Positions 38,740 to 49,741 of a stretch of DNA of 64,000 nucleotides are shown piece by piece. Position numbers and translations under genes: made by a program. Position 1 is the first letter of the stretch, and the number at the start of each line of letters is the position of its first letter. Location: NCBI RefSeq assembly GCF_050320075.1, contig NZ_CP190022.1; one strand, given 5' to 3'. The DNA is from Escherichia coli. Its GTDB lineage: Bacteria > Pseudomonadota > Gammaproteobacteria > Enterobacterales > Enterobacteriaceae. The notes beneath the pieces were generated by a model. That model was not told where the DNA came from. It searched no databases and worked only from the letters and a program-made list of their open reading frames with translations.

Positions 38740-39030
38740 CTATTCTGGTCCGTGCCATTCACGGGGTAATTCTGTGCGGTGTCGGTACCACCAGGGACGT
38801 CCTGATGCCTGCTTACCCTGAAGCAGGCTGTACAGACGTATACAGAGGGTGCGGACTGTCCAGCCGGAATATCCCAGGAGCATAAAAAACAGCAGAATGC
38901 CGCTGCACACCCAGAATGTCGTTTTTGACGGATACGGAAACAACAGCAGGTAAATCATGGTAAACGGCAGGGGGACACCATAAATGTTGAGCGGTGGAGT
39001 TACATCCCGCCAGAAGCCTTCGCGTTTCAT
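38740..39030 (-). CDS. traK: TraK, IcmT-like small membrane protein
   Basis: 96 aa, two hydrophobic segments; ATGA overlap with traJ. Confidence 0.55.
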   Translation of the reverse strand: MKREGFWRDVTPPLNIYGVPLPFTMIYLLLFPYPSKTTFWVCSGILLFFMLLGYSGWTVRTLCIRLYSLLQGKQASGRPWWYRHRTELPREWHGPE

Positions 39031-40175
39031 CGGGGGAACTCTCCGGCCGGGATGAAGAGCGCTGCTTCTGATTTCTCAATGCGGTCGTTCTGATACATGG
39101 TCAGAACCTGATCCCTTATCCGCCGTTTTTCCTGACGAATGATTTCGTCAATGTAATGTCCCCATGTTGCATGGGATTGTCCGGAGAGCGTATTGCGCAG
39201 TTCGTCAGTCATGACGATGTATTCCCGGACAGCCTGCCTGCCGCCGTCATTTGTTCTGACCAGTACCTGCACCAGAATGAACTGTACGAGGGAAAGCGTG
39301 GCTGCAGCCATCGAATCCCTGATTTCAGGAGGAAACAATCCCAGCAGGCGGGCAAAGGTTTCTCCGGGTGATTTTGTGTGCATGGTGCCGATACAAAAGT
39401 GTCCGGTATTACCCGCCTGGACTGCGGCATCTGCTGTTTCATAATCCCTGATTTCACCGATACCAATGATGTCCGGATTACGGCGAACGGCAGAGCGAAG
39501 TCCTGCAGCAAAACTTTCCACATCGCGCCCGATTTCGGCCTGATGGGGAGGCAGAAGGTCATTCTCTCCGCCCAGAATGTATTCCACCGGATCTTCATAG
39601 GTCACTATTTTGCGATCGTGGAAATTTTTCAGAATGTGGCGATACAGTGCCGCCGCCAGTGTGGATTTCCCGGAGCCGGTTTCTCCGCAGATGAATCCCA
39701 GGCCGGTTTTTCTGAGCATGGCATCCAGCAGATCCGGTTCAATATTCATAGTGAGGATGTCCGGAATATCTGACGGGATCACCCGCATGGTGACGGAAAT
39801 GGCTTTTTCTTCTGTTGCCGATGTTCCCTGTATCAGGTGGCAGCGCAGGCGAACACGCTGACCTCGTTGCAGGCCATAGCGACCGGAGGCATCTCCGCTG
39901 ACCTGAATGGTACGATCCACGGGATGACCTGACAGAACCCGGGGAAGAACCTCCCGCCCAAACAGCTCATCACTCAGTGCCATCATGATGGAGGACGGAA
40001 GGGGATTTACGGATGAGCGAACCCGCCGTCCAAAGCGACTGACGGATACCGGTGAACCGCCGGTCAGATCAATATCACTGACGCGGTGGCGGGCACACCA
40101 GGCAAAAAAATGGCGAAACTCTTCTGCCGTAAAACGGGAGAAGGGGAAGGTACCGAAGTCATCTGGTGATATCAT
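39027..40175 (-). CDS. traJ: TraJ, DotB-like secretion ATPase
   Basis: Start moved to MISPDDFG (aaggag RBS), 382 aa; Walker A GETGSGKST. Confidence 0.8.
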   Translation of the reverse strand: MISPDDFGTFPFSRFTAEEFRHFFAWCARHRVSDIDLTGGSPVSVSRFGRRVRSSVNPLPSSIMMALSDELFGREVLPRVLSGHPVDRTIQVSGDASGRYGLQRGQRVRLRCHLIQGTSATEEKAISVTMRVIPSDIPDILTMNIEPDLLDAMLRKTGLGFICGETGSGKSTLAAALYRHILKNFHDRKIVTYEDPVEYILGGENDLLPPHQAEIGRDVESFAAGLRSAVRRNPDIIGIGEIRDYETADAAVQAGNTGHFCIGTMHTKSPGETFARLLGLFPPEIRDSMAAATLSLVQFILVQVLVRTNDGGRQAVREYIVMTDELRNTLSGQSHATWGHYIDEIIRQEKRRIRDQVLTMYQNDRIEKSEAALFIPAGEFPR

Positions 40176-40995
40176 TTTTCTCTCCTTCGGTGCTGACAAG
40201 AGGGCGCCAGCGCGATTTCTGCAGCGTAAATTCAGCATGTGTTTTCAGGCGGCGGACGCGATCGCCAGTGATGAGTTTTTGCCCGTTGCCGGTAACCGTC
40301 TGCATCTGCTCTGTGACATCTGGACGTGTGATCATGCCCTGACGCCACAGAAGGGCGTAAAGCATCATGCCCCGGTAATCACGGGTCAGGCGCTTCTGAT
40401 TAGCTTCCAGTGTGAGATCTGCGTTGAGGCGCCCTTCCTGCCATCCCTGACGTAAGGCGTTTTCCCATAGTCTGCGTTGTGCCCGGTCTTCCGGCACAAC
40501 CCGGCCTTCAGTGCCTGGTGTGGCGGTGGTTGAGAGTCCTTTCAGCAGCCAGTCACGCCATCCAGGAGGATTACTGACAAAGCGTTCCGGGCGGAGGATA
40601 GTCCAGACACGGGAGGCTGTTCTTATCTGGTCCGGTCTGATGTGTGCAACATCCTGCGCTTCATCGATAACAGGAGGCAGCCAGCCTTCCTTGCTGATGA
40701 GAGGCCGGAAATCATACAGGGCATTCAGGGTACTTTCCCGGGCATTCAGTGCCTGAATCAGTTCCCATGAGCGCTGTGCTTTTCCACCACGGAATCCCAG
40801 CGTTCTGCCGGCATCCGTGAGCATCTGACGACGGGTATCTGAAATACCATCATCCTGGTTGCCGGAGGGCGTCAGCCATGCACGGATATCCGGGGGCGGT
40901 GCGTTTTCTGTCATGACGGCAGAAGAACGGTGATGCTGTCCGGCACAGCCTGTAAGCAGGAGAGCAGACAGCAGGAGACACAGGTGTGTTTTCAT
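40159..40995 (-). CDS. traI: TraI lipoprotein (DotC-like)
   Basis: 278 aa; lipobox LLTGC. Confidence 0.6.
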   Translation of the reverse strand: MKTHLCLLLSALLLTGCAGQHHRSSAVMTENAPPPDIRAWLTPSGNQDDGISDTRRQMLTDAGRTLGFRGGKAQRSWELIQALNARESTLNALYDFRPLISKEGWLPPVIDEAQDVAHIRPDQIRTASRVWTILRPERFVSNPPGWRDWLLKGLSTTATPGTEGRVVPEDRAQRRLWENALRQGWQEGRLNADLTLEANQKRLTRDYRGMMLYALLWRQGMITRPDVTEQMQTVTGNGQKLITGDRVRRLKTHAEFTLQKSRWRPLVSTEGEKNDITR

Positions 40996-41444
40996 TTTTT
41001 CTCCGGCGTCATAAAAGACAGATGTAAACGCCCGGCTGACTGCGAGAGTGTTGCCCGCCAGGCAGTCTGGGCTTCAGTGAGACGAAGGACATCAGCAAAG
41101 GTCATGTCGCGGACGTGCAGTGAGACGGGTAAGGGGAGACGGACGCCGCTGTAGCTGAACTGCTGGCCGCGCAGACGGGCCAGTTCGTTGAGCAATTCCA
41201 GGGCATCGCCTTCCCAGTCAAAGGAAACACGGTCGCTGTGAGCCTTCAGACTGCCGCCGGACTGACGCTCCGGAAGGGCTGCAGAGTAAATTCCCTGCCC
41301 CCATAGCTGATACTGCGCATGCCGGGCGACGGCGACATCAGAGGCAGCACCATACTTTCTGGTCGGAGCTGTATTATCCGGGGGGAGATGGCAGCCGTTC
41401 AGGCAGAGTACGGCGAGACATCCCGCAGGTATCATACGGTTCAT
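40992..41444 (-). CDS. traH: TraH lipoprotein (DotD-like)
   Basis: 150 aa; lipobox CLNGC; lipoprotein-lipoprotein-ATPase order mirrors dotD-dotC-dotB. Confidence 0.55.
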   Translation of the reverse strand: MNRMIPAGCLAVLCLNGCHLPPDNTAPTRKYGAASDVAVARHAQYQLWGQGIYSAALPERQSGGSLKAHSDRVSFDWEGDALELLNELARLRGQQFSYSGVRLPLPVSLHVRDMTFADVLRLTEAQTAWRATLSQSAGRLHLSFMTPEKK

Positions 41445-41492
41445 GGTGTATTTTTCCTGAGCAGTGAAAGAAGAAAGCGTTGTGGGGAGGAT

Positions 41493-41663
41493 TTACTGGT
41501 TCGTGTTTTTGCTGAATGGCTGGAACACCTCAGAGGGTGACAGTGCTACCCGGATACAAATATCGTTTGCTATCACGATATTACATTCGTTAGCTGTCGG
41601 ATCCCGGAACGGTTCCACCATAAAGGCTTTGTTTTCGATATGCGTTTTATTTTTGTTAAACAT
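41493..41663 (-). CDS. Small hypothetical protein (about 56 aa)
   Basis: Short ORF between the FadL-like gene and traH. Confidence 0.25.
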   Translation of the reverse strand: MFNKNKTHIENKAFMVEPFRDPTANECNIVIANDICIRVALSPSEVFQPFSKNTNQ

Positions 41664-41802
41664 GCATTTCCTCATGCGAAAATGATATGTCAGATAACAG
41701 CCAGATCAGAGGCAGCACTACAGGTCTGGCTGTGTCGTTTGATGGTCGGAAAACGCGAGGATGCAGGTCTGGATACCCCGGTCAGTACCGGGGCAGAGAT
41801 GA

Positions 41803-43005
41803 TCAGAATGTGAACTGCAGTTGTGCAACGGCACCGTAGTTGTTGTCTGTGCCTGCTATACCCGCCACATCAATATGGACGACATCAAATGGTGAGATAC
41901 CCAGCCCGGCGGTGAACGCACTGTCATCATTGCTGGCCAGATTCTGGCGGTAGCCTGCACGTAACTGTGCCCATTTCCAGGCATTAAATTCAGCACCAAT
42001 GGCAGCAAACTGACGTTTACTGTCTGATGTGAAGCCACTGGCCGGGGTCAGGTCAACATCCAGTGCTGTAGTGAACATGTCGTTGTGCCAGGAGACACCG
42101 GCAGTCACCTGCGGGCGGATCCTGAAAGTTTCAGTGACACCATGTACCTCTTTGGTCTCAATGCTGCGTGGGATCAGGTTCTGTGCGACCAGACCCAGCG
42201 TCCAGTTGTCATCCAGGTCCATGCTGGCACCGATATCAGCGTTAATACCGTTTTGGGTGTTGTGGTAACGGTTACCTTTGAATGCGCTGCTGTCATAGTT
42301 TTTGATCAGCGTATTGTAGTTAAACAGGTCAACACGCTGGAATTTTGGTGTGAAGCCCAGTGACCATTTTTGTCCGGCCGTTTCCAGTTCAGTGGCCAGC
42401 GCAACGCCCACATCGGTGATCAGTGCGGCACGGGCAAAAGCCTGTGAGGTCAGTCTGTTTTTATCCACATCCTGGCTGCCACTGTCTGCAATGCTTTCCA
42501 GATAGTTCAGGTCGGCATCGCTGACTTTACCGTCGACGCTGACAGTCCCGAACGTTTTCAGCATCAGTGCAGCAGCGAGGGTATCACCGGGAAGGGCCGC
42601 CACAGCAGATGTTCCCACCTGTGCGTCAGCATGCGTGTGACGGAAGTCCTGAAGTCGCGTCTTCAGACGTGCAGCAGTCTGCGACACGTTGCTCTGACTG
42701 TCGATGGCACGATCAAAGGCTTTCCAGTCATCGCTGATTTTGTCGGCGTTGTCGGCGATATTACCCGGATCGGACAGCTGCGCACCCACGGACGGAAGCA
42801 GAAGACTGAAGTCATCTTTTGCACCGGATTTTGTCAGCAGTGCCGGGTTTGCCAGTGGGGCCACACCATAGTGAGAGGAGGCTACCCCGGTTCCCCCCAT
42901 TGCATCATTGCGGGCTTCAAAATATGAAGTTGCGGCTGTTGAATTAAAGGAAAATAAAACAGCAGATGCGATGAGAGTTCGGGTAATGTGCATATTCATC
43001 ATCAT
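41803..43005 (-). CDS. FadL/OmpP1-family outer membrane beta-barrel protein
   Basis: Signal peptide MMMNMHITRTLIASAVLFSFNSTAA; N-terminal NPALL motif; C-terminal ...AVAQLQFTF ending in Phe. Confidence 0.55.
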   Translation of the reverse strand: MMMNMHITRTLIASAVLFSFNSTAATSYFEARNDAMGGTGVASSHYGVAPLANPALLTKSGAKDDFSLLLPSVGAQLSDPGNIADNADKISDDWKAFDRAIDSQSNVSQTAARLKTRLQDFRHTHADAQVGTSAVAALPGDTLAAALMLKTFGTVSVDGKVSDADLNYLESIADSGSQDVDKNRLTSQAFARAALITDVGVALATELETAGQKWSLGFTPKFQRVDLFNYNTLIKNYDSSAFKGNRYHNTQNGINADIGASMDLDDNWTLGLVAQNLIPRSIETKEVHGVTETFRIRPQVTAGVSWHNDMFTTALDVDLTPASGFTSDSKRQFAAIGAEFNAWKWAQLRAGYRQNLASNDDSAFTAGLGISPFDVVHIDVAGIAGTDNNYGAVAQLQFTF

Positions 43006-43094
43006 TTCAGTTTCCTGGTTTGAGGTGTTTTGGGTACAGCAACGGTATGACACGACTGTGCCATTAAAAATTTACTGGTTTTTTCTCTGCGTTA

Positions 43095-43916
43095 TTACCA
43101 GGGTAATAACGGTATACTGAATAACTCAGCAGGTAATATTTTTCCTGTCATCAGATATTCTGCCTGTGCCGGACGAAGCGTTACGGTCCGGACGGATGTC
43201 TTTGCATATAAATTGCGGGCAGTGTGAAACCAGTTTTCTTTTTCCTTATTCATTCTTACAGGTGATAAAGAAAGTACAGGATAAATGATGGCTTTATTAA
43301 TTTCTTTTTTCTTGCGGAACAGTACACCGCAATATTCCTGTGAATGAACACCGGCAAAAGGAAAACTGTGCCAGATAATAATATCCACATTATCGCTGGC
43401 TGAAATAAGCTGGCAGAACGCATCCTGTGTTGCTGGCCACTCACCGGCACGGCTTAAAGGATAACGTACCCTGCCGTTCAGCCATTCCGGGTTGAGATAA
43501 AACCAGTCAGCCAGAGCAGTCAGAATCTCTCCTGTCAGATAATCTGCGAGTTTGTCCGGGTCACGGAAAACGGCAGGACGGATATTCCAGGGAGCCAGTA
43601 ACGTTGTCATCGTTGTTACGCAGACATCATGTGCCTGCATGATGTGTTCTGTCCGGCAGATAAGACGGTGAACGATGTTTTCAGCCGGGAGAAACATTTC
43701 AGTTAATGCATCTTCGACCAGGATACGCGTCAGGTCGGATACAGAAAGGGAGAGTTGCTCGCTCATTATTCCGAGTGCTTCTCTGACGCCCTGCGGATAA
43801 CGGATCTGCAGGGGAGTGGACTGCAACTGGCGGTTATTGAGCAGAGCTTCGCTAATCCGGGCCCTGTCAATGGAGAGCATCATGCGGGCAGCAATGCCTG
43901 TGCTGTTTGGTTTCAT
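43095..43916 (-). CDS. Hypothetical protein (273 aa), tra region
   Basis: ORF in the traE-traG position; no family recognised. Confidence 0.45.
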   Translation of the reverse strand: MKPNSTGIAARMMLSIDRARISEALLNNRQLQSTPLQIRYPQGVREALGIMSEQLSLSVSDLTRILVEDALTEMFLPAENIVHRLICRTEHIMQAHDVCVTTMTTLLAPWNIRPAVFRDPDKLADYLTGEILTALADWFYLNPEWLNGRVRYPLSRAGEWPATQDAFCQLISASDNVDIIIWHSFPFAGVHSQEYCGVLFRKKKEINKAIIYPVLSLSPVRMNKEKENWFHTARNLYAKTSVRTVTLRPAQAEYLMTGKILPAELFSIPLLPW

Positions 43917-44166
43917 TTCACCTCCGTGCGGTTCATATGTTAAGTCTAAAGAGCGTGTTTACTGAACGGAAACGAGTTATTTCGATCGTTATGATCGAGT
44001 GTGTTTCAAGAGTGCTTTTAACTCTGTTTTAAGCGTGAATGAAAAGGATTCGGACAGGACGTGATTTAGCATGCCGCTGGTCTGGCATTATGCTGCAGAG
44101 CAGACGGAGTCAGGAGATTGAAGGGCGGTACAGTCTGCGAAGACTGGACACGGGGTGTGTCGGGAA

Positions 44167-44712
44167 TTAACGCACGTGAGGCGTAATGAGAACGACGCGT
44201 TTTTCGCTAGCTCCACCTCCGGCGAATCCATTCATGACAAGGGACTGTTCCGGTCTGAGAGAAATGCTCTGCTCAACAGTCTGGTTTCGTTTCTGGTCTG
44301 TGGTCGAGAGTCGCAGAGTGATATTGCCCCCCTTAATATCCGGCGATATCTGCATTCTGACATCGGGGGATACATCAGCAGTAAAGGCATCCGGACCTAC
44401 GGATGTTACCTGTGATTCAACACAGGACGTATTCTGCATCATCCCGTGGAGCGTTTCAGGTGTCAGCGTCAGGCTGTCATTAAAAAAAGCACTGTGTGAA
44501 ATGACCCCCTGAGCATCGGCAAACAGGTCCGGATGGCGCTCATTAAGAAGGCTTCCGTATTTTTCCGCCAGGCAGATTGGGTTGCTGGCCGTTGTGTCTG
44601 TTCGCACGGTATCGACCGTGAATGTCACCTGCGGGTGATGTTCCCTGTGGCCTGTGCAGCCGGACAGCAGTGCGGCGGCTATCGTCATCCAGAGTAGTGG
44701 TTGTTTTTTCAT
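44167..44712 (-). CDS. Lipoprotein (181 aa)
   Basis: MKKQPLLWMTIAAALLSGCTGH signal peptide with lipobox LSGC. Confidence 0.5.
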   Translation of the reverse strand: MKKQPLLWMTIAAALLSGCTGHREHHPQVTFTVDTVRTDTTASNPICLAEKYGSLLNERHPDLFADAQGVISHSAFFNDSLTLTPETLHGMMQNTSCVESQVTSVGPDAFTADVSPDVRMQISPDIKGGNITLRLSTTDQKRNQTVEQSISLRPEQSLVMNGFAGGGASEKRVVLITPHVR

Positions 44713-44830
44713 GCTGTTAATTTCCTCTCAGGGTAAAAAGAAAGACTCGCACCGTCATGTCAATGGTAAGCGTACAGCCTGAACCGTCTGGTCAGAATCT
44801 GACGAATTAGACATAGGGGCAAATCCATGT

Positions 44831-45142
44831 TTATTTTGCATCCATCATCTCGCCCATCAGCAGTCGGATACGCTGCCAGGTGTCATGATCCAGTACAGGT
44901 GATGGTATTACCATGCAAGCACTGTGCCCGGTAGCGGCGGCAGAAAGCATGGCTTTAACTTCGTAGGCATTGCCAGTAAGGATAACCCTCCCCGTCAACC
45001 CCAACACTGAGTTGGCGTGAATTGGTGGTGTGAATTCGATTTCGTTAATGTCCCGGCCAGTTAGGATGCGATTATTATCCGCATTGGCAGCACGGGAGGA
45101 TACGTGTTTCATAAAGAACCTCATTGCGTTAATTTTGAACAA
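44831..45142 (-). CDS. Hypothetical protein (about 100 aa) downstream of rci
   Basis: ORF only; start ambiguous. Confidence 0.3.
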   Translation of the reverse strand: MFKINAMRFFMKHVSSRAANADNNRILTGRDINEIEFTPPIHANSVLGLTGRVILTGNAYEVKAMLSAAATGHSACMVIPSPVLDHDTWQRIRLLMGEMMDAK

Positions 45143-45152
45143 AATTGTTTGC

Positions 45153-46322
45153 TCAGCAAGGGGATGTGAGAATAGTGGTTGATTTTGTCATAAGCTGGTC
45201 GTTTGTTAACGGACAAATCATTACCCGTTCATCAATGTTTGTAGGAAGTTCGCCAGGAGTTGGGACACGCTCTCCTCGCTGGGCGGCTTGTGCCAGTGTT
45301 CGTAGCAGCAACACGCTGGCATGAAATATGGCCTGTTCTTTTGTGGCTGCGCTTGTTTCCAGGTCGAAATCACTCAGAGTCACAACGACTTGCCCGTTTC
45401 TGTTCTCGACCGTTGCCGGGTAGGGAACAAAATAGGGAGCGATTTTGCTGGTTTGCTTGCGTCGGGCATCGAGTTTACTGACAAGTTGATAAGCCCGAAG
45501 GTGTGTGTATCGTTTCAACATGTTCAGGGAGCGATGGCCTGAAATAGCGGCAACTTCAATGACGTTCAATGTACCAAGTTCGAAAAATCGGCTGATAGCC
45601 TCATGACGGAGGTCATGAAAATGCAAGTTTTCTATATTCAGTTCCTGAAGTGCTGTTCGCCAGGCACTTTTGAATCCCGAAGATGTATAAGAAAAAATAT
45701 TACCGTTAAGCTGTATTGGCAGCATTTGCAGGTAACTACGGGCTTTCCTGGATAGCGGAACATCGCGTGGAGCACCATTTTTGGTTGTTGGAAGATGAGC
45801 TACCCCATGTTGCAGATCGACGTGTTCCCAACGCAATGACAAGATTTCACCTTGTCGCATTGCTGTTTCCAGCGCCAGATGAAAAATGACGTAAAGAGCC
45901 TGATTTTTTTCTTTGAAATACCGCGAAAGTCGGCGTTCTTCTCCTGAAGTCAGGCGACGATCGCGCCCGCTACTGATTTTGGGTTTTCTGACCAGTTCGA
46001 CAGGATTCATACGGCATGTTCCCCATTCCACACGGGCGATATTGAATAATGATGATAAAAGGGCAAGTTCAAGACGGACGGTATTTCCGGTGATTTGACG
46101 CCCTGTTCGTGGGTTAATTTGAGCTAAACGCTGATCCCGGTAACCGGCGATATCAATGGTAGTGATTTCATCCATATAGCGCTCGGCCATAGGGTGACGT
46201 TTAATCACATTGACGCGATAAAACTCCTGCAGATGACCTTTTTTATGGACGGAAACGGTTTTCAGGTATTTGTCCAGCGCCCGGTTGAGAGTCATTTTGC
46301 GAATTTTGATTTTTCGAAACAT
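45153..46322 (-). CDS. rci: Rci shufflon-specific tyrosine recombinase
   Basis: Start chosen at [12 protein letters not shown] (389 aa); integrase-family motifs including HDLRHE; adjacent to 19-bp sfx repeats. Confidence 0.8.
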   Translation of the reverse strand: MFRKIKIRKMTLNRALDKYLKTVSVHKKGHLQEFYRVNVIKRHPMAERYMDEITTIDIAGYRDQRLAQINPRTGRQITGNTVRLELALLSSLFNIARVEWGTCRMNPVELVRKPKISSGRDRRLTSGEERRLSRYFKEKNQALYVIFHLALETAMRQGEILSLRWEHVDLQHGVAHLPTTKNGAPRDVPLSRKARSYLQMLPIQLNGNIFSYTSSGFKSAWRTALQELNIENLHFHDLRHEAISRFFELGTLNVIEVAAISGHRSLNMLKRYTHLRAYQLVSKLDARRKQTSKIAPYFVPYPATVENRNGQVVVTLSDFDLETSAATKEQAIFHASVLLLRTLAQAAQRGERVPTPGELPTNIDERVMICPLTNDQLMTKSTTILTSPC

Positions 46323-46384
46323 ATCTGCCTTCCACGATAAAAACGGGGAAGGTAGGAATAGTGAAACGGAAATGCAATATCGCC

Positions 46385-48758
46385 GTGCCAATCCGGTATC
46401 TGGACAACGACAAAAATGAACTTCACTACCAGTACATACAATATCGGGAAAAATACCGTAATCTGAGCATTGGCGTACATGCGTACTGCTCGTGGACATA
46501 CCTTAATGGCTCGCCTTTTGGTGGTTTTCAGCAGATATACGCCGACCAAAACAAGGTTTGGTATGTGAATAATTATGCGTGGGGAAATTATGAGTCCGGT
46601 GGCACAATTACAGTGACATGCCTCAACCTTCCTGGTGCCGGAATCTAACCAAAAGGGCAACAGTAAGCATCGACGTGCTCTTCATCAACACCATCTCCGA
46701 TGCCGTACATTCTTGTACCTGTCATGACGTACCCGGCAGGGCACTGAATCGGCTTGTAATAAATAGAACCTCCACTTCTGCCACCGATAAAATGTGCGGA
46801 GGTCGCTTCATACCATTTACAGGCAGAATAGTTCACTTTATTGCCTCCAAGCCACAAACCGGATTGGCACTGGCCTCCGTGCCAATCCGGTTCGTGGACA
46901 AGTAGCCAAAAGAAAGAACGTTTCACGGTATACGGAATAAGTGGATGTGGGCATACACCGTCCTATGCGGTATGTCCTGATGGCAGTGATTTAGTTTCTG
47001 GTGGGTATCAGTTAACGGCTTGGTCCCAGGATAACCGGAACCCGTTTAACTCACCAGACTCAAGTTACCCAGACTGGAATAATAAACGTTGGGTTGTCGG
47101 AGGTACCGGAACTATCACGAGCTGTTTCCGCTCAGTAGCTGTATGTGCCAGATAATGTGCGACAGAGCTTTCAACGGAAACAGTGAACAGTGATGTAATA
47201 GCTGCTATACAATGTGCCATTGTACGCACTCCAATTCATCTCGCCGTTTACATCTGGATTATCTGTCGGCCAGACTCTTGTCATTGCAGTTTCCTTTCCG
47301 TCTATACGATATGTATTAACGCAAAGTTTGAATTTTCCCAGAGCCTTCGTTGTGGTTGGGTACAAGGTGAAGGATGTTACTGATGTCCACGGCGCAGCAG
47401 AACCGATTGATTTCCACGAACCGGATTGGCACTGGCCTCCGTGCCAATCCGGTTCGTGGAAAAATGCAGGAAAAGGCGATATTGAAATCGTCAAAGTAAC
47501 AGCATCAAAACTCCGCTGGCCTGGTGCTACTGCCACCTGCCCAATGGGTAAGAAGGTGATCGGGGGTGGTGCAGAATGCAGCTCTGGAATTGGCTTTATC
47601 TGGCTTGTCCGTTCAATACCTGTAAACAATAATGCCTGGTATGGCTATTGCGATACGACAGAACACATCATTGGAAAAATAACTGTACATGCCATTTGCC
47701 AATGACAAAGTGATTTACTGGCAAACCACAATGTAACTACATTTCCCCGTCAGGTCGTTCCTGTTTGTACCGCCGTGAAAATTGTATTCATCGTAGTAAC
47801 CACACTTCACAATCCTGTTCGAATCATATGTCGCAACAGAACCTGCGAAGTAATTTGGCTTCCAGCCATGCGGGTTTTCAGCATTGCTGACGCTCCAGGT
47901 ACACTGGCTGGCAGAAAAACCAGACGGCAAAGGTAGTCGTTCTCCATTTGCGATTTTTCCTGTCAGAACAGTGCTACCTGATACCCTAATCCACGAACCG
48001 GATTGGCACTGGCCTCCGTGCCAATCCGGTGTGTGGGTTGGCTTTGAATCGGACCCTGTGGGAAGCCCTATCCCGTGGCCATCTGCCACTCCTCCACAAG
48101 GCTATCTGTTGATGAACGGCCAGTCGTTTTCCTGTTCCCGGTATCCTCAGCTTGCCCGTGCTTATCCTGGCTGTAAATTGCCCGATCTGCGCGGTGTTTT
48201 TATCCGTGGCTGGGATAACGGGAAGGGACTTGCATGGTGATCCACAGACAACTCCTGGTTATCAGGCCGATCAATCAGGCGTCTATCACGAACGTGGCGG
48301 ATGGCTGAAAGGGCATCATAGTTATGCCATACTGGGCACAGGGGAGTACCACATGTGAAATGCGTCCCAAAAATATTGCATTCAACTACATTGTTAAAGC
48401 CAGCTAGGGACTCACATCTGATAGGCATACACAGATAACACCGTTACCACAGGCGTAAATTTTGTGTTGGTCTGGAGATGATTTGATATGACGCTCCCAC
48501 TGGCACGGCAAATGAAATAAATGCTGTCTTTCCGTAGGAGGGGTTATTGCTGGCATTCATACCAATGAAAGCGCCGTTCACATAGCCCTGAAGATTTGAT
48601 GTGTTGGCGCAATCACCGCCACCGGCACCATTTCCACCGGAAGCGTACACAAACAAAGCCTGCCGTTATTTCTCCCGTTAAATGTTCCCCGGTGAGAACC
48701 CAGATTGCTGTAACTTCCGTCAGGTGCACCAATCGTTCGCCACACACCGGATTGGCAC
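46385..48758. mobile_element. Shufflon: four invertible segments bounded by 19-bp sfx repeats, carrying alternative PilV C-terminal ends on both strands
   Basis: sfx copies gtgccaatccgg(t/g)(a/t/g)(t/c)(c/g)tgg at about 46385, 46879, 47441, 48018 and inverted copies at about 46851, 47414, 47991, 48740; track ORFs on both strands begin with the repeat-encoded HEPDWHWPPCQSG / PDWHGGQCQSG. Confidence 0.8.
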
Positions 48759-49741
48759 GAAAGTATTGCCCCTTTACTGTCGCGGCCTACAAGTCCGTCC
48801 GGTGAGCAGGAAGTACCTGCGGTGGCTGTTTTTTCCAGCTGTAAATACTCACCTGTGGAAAGACGACCGTCAGACCGGACAGTTCCACCACTGACTTTTC
48901 CTCCTTTGAGCTCTCCTTCGGTTGTGATCCCTTTGTTGTTAACAGCACGTATCCATTCGCTGTCCGTCATGGTGAAACCGCCTCCGTGCGTCGTGTTCAT
49001 CCACCCCTTGTTGTTTCTGGTGATAAACCAGCCGTCTTCGCTGGTTATATCGCCTTTCACCGTGGCTTTCTGACCATTGAGGTTACCGGCGTTATTGATG
49101 TCATTTCCGCCCATGTTGATAGCTGTGTGCATCTGGTTCAGCTCTGGTCTCTCCGGGACCTGGAAACGATACAACCTGTCGCTTTCCTGCAGATCATCAC
49201 CCGTCATGACGACGGCAATGTGACCTGCCGAACAGGTGAGTCCGTAATCCCCCGGTTTGTCTGTCCAGGCGCCGAATGCGCCGGTTGCTGTTCCGTTTTT
49301 ACCAATATAACCACCCAGCCCGGGAAGCTGTCCTGCCACACTGCGCAGACCATCTTCTTTGATATTCTGCCCCCCTGTTGAGCAGGTCAGGGCTTCAAGA
49401 CGTCCTGTAGTCTGGTTACGGCGGATACCCGTGATATAACTCTGCCCAAACGGAGAATGATTAAATCCCTGTTTCAGGTATCCCTTGCGAATCAAATCAT
49501 CGGCTGTAAAGTTTGCCGGAAGGCTGCCGTTGTGCAGAGTGGCATTGTTATCGGCAATGTAATTTCTGGCTGCGGTATTGTAGGCATCTGCATGAGAAGC
49601 AGCACTCTGGTAAAGCTGTTCATTCAGCCAGTTTTCTATTTCGGAATAAATCAGCGGCGTGGCGATACCAATCACTATCAGTCCCGCCAGTATTTCAAGC
49701 AGAATAAAACCTTTGTCGTCATCGTGTCTGAACTTTTTCAC
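48578..49741 (-). CDS. pilV: PilV thin-pilus tip adhesin (prepilin-like) in its current shufflon configuration
   Basis: Prepilin-type N-terminus KGFILLEILAGLIVIGIA; constant region ends at the sfx at 48740 and continues into the adjacent segment; GTGA overlap with pilU. Confidence 0.75.
   Translation of the reverse strand: MKKFRHDDDKGFILLEILAGLIVIGIATPLIYSEIENWLNEQLYQSAASHADAYNTAARNYIADNNATLHNGSLPANFTADDLIRKGYLKQGFNHSPFGQSYITGIRRNQTTGRLEALTCSTGGQNIKEDGLRSVAGQLPGLGGYIGKNGTATGAFGAWTDKPGDYGLTCSAGHIAVVMTGDDLQESDRLYRFQVPERPELNQMHTAINMGGNDINNAGNLNGQKATVKGDITSEDGWFITRNNKGWMNTTHGGGFTMTDSEWIRAVNNKGITTEGELKGGKVSGGTVRSDGRLSTGEYLQLEKTATAGTSCSPDGLVGRDSKGAILSCQSGVWRTIGAPDGSYSNLGSHRGTFNGRNNGRLCLCTLPVEMVPVAVIAPTHQIFRAM

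Noticed and set aside
45153-46499. 448-aa version of Rci with a Cys-rich 59-aa N-terminal extension
   Set aside because: The extension overlaps the first sfx repeat and shufflon segment; the start at 46322 gives a size typical of a tyrosine recombinase.
46361-48240. Plus-strand ORFs inside the shufflon as independent genes
   Set aside because: They begin with the sfx-encoded peptide and are alternative PilV C-terminal exons that become in-frame only after Rci-mediated inversion.
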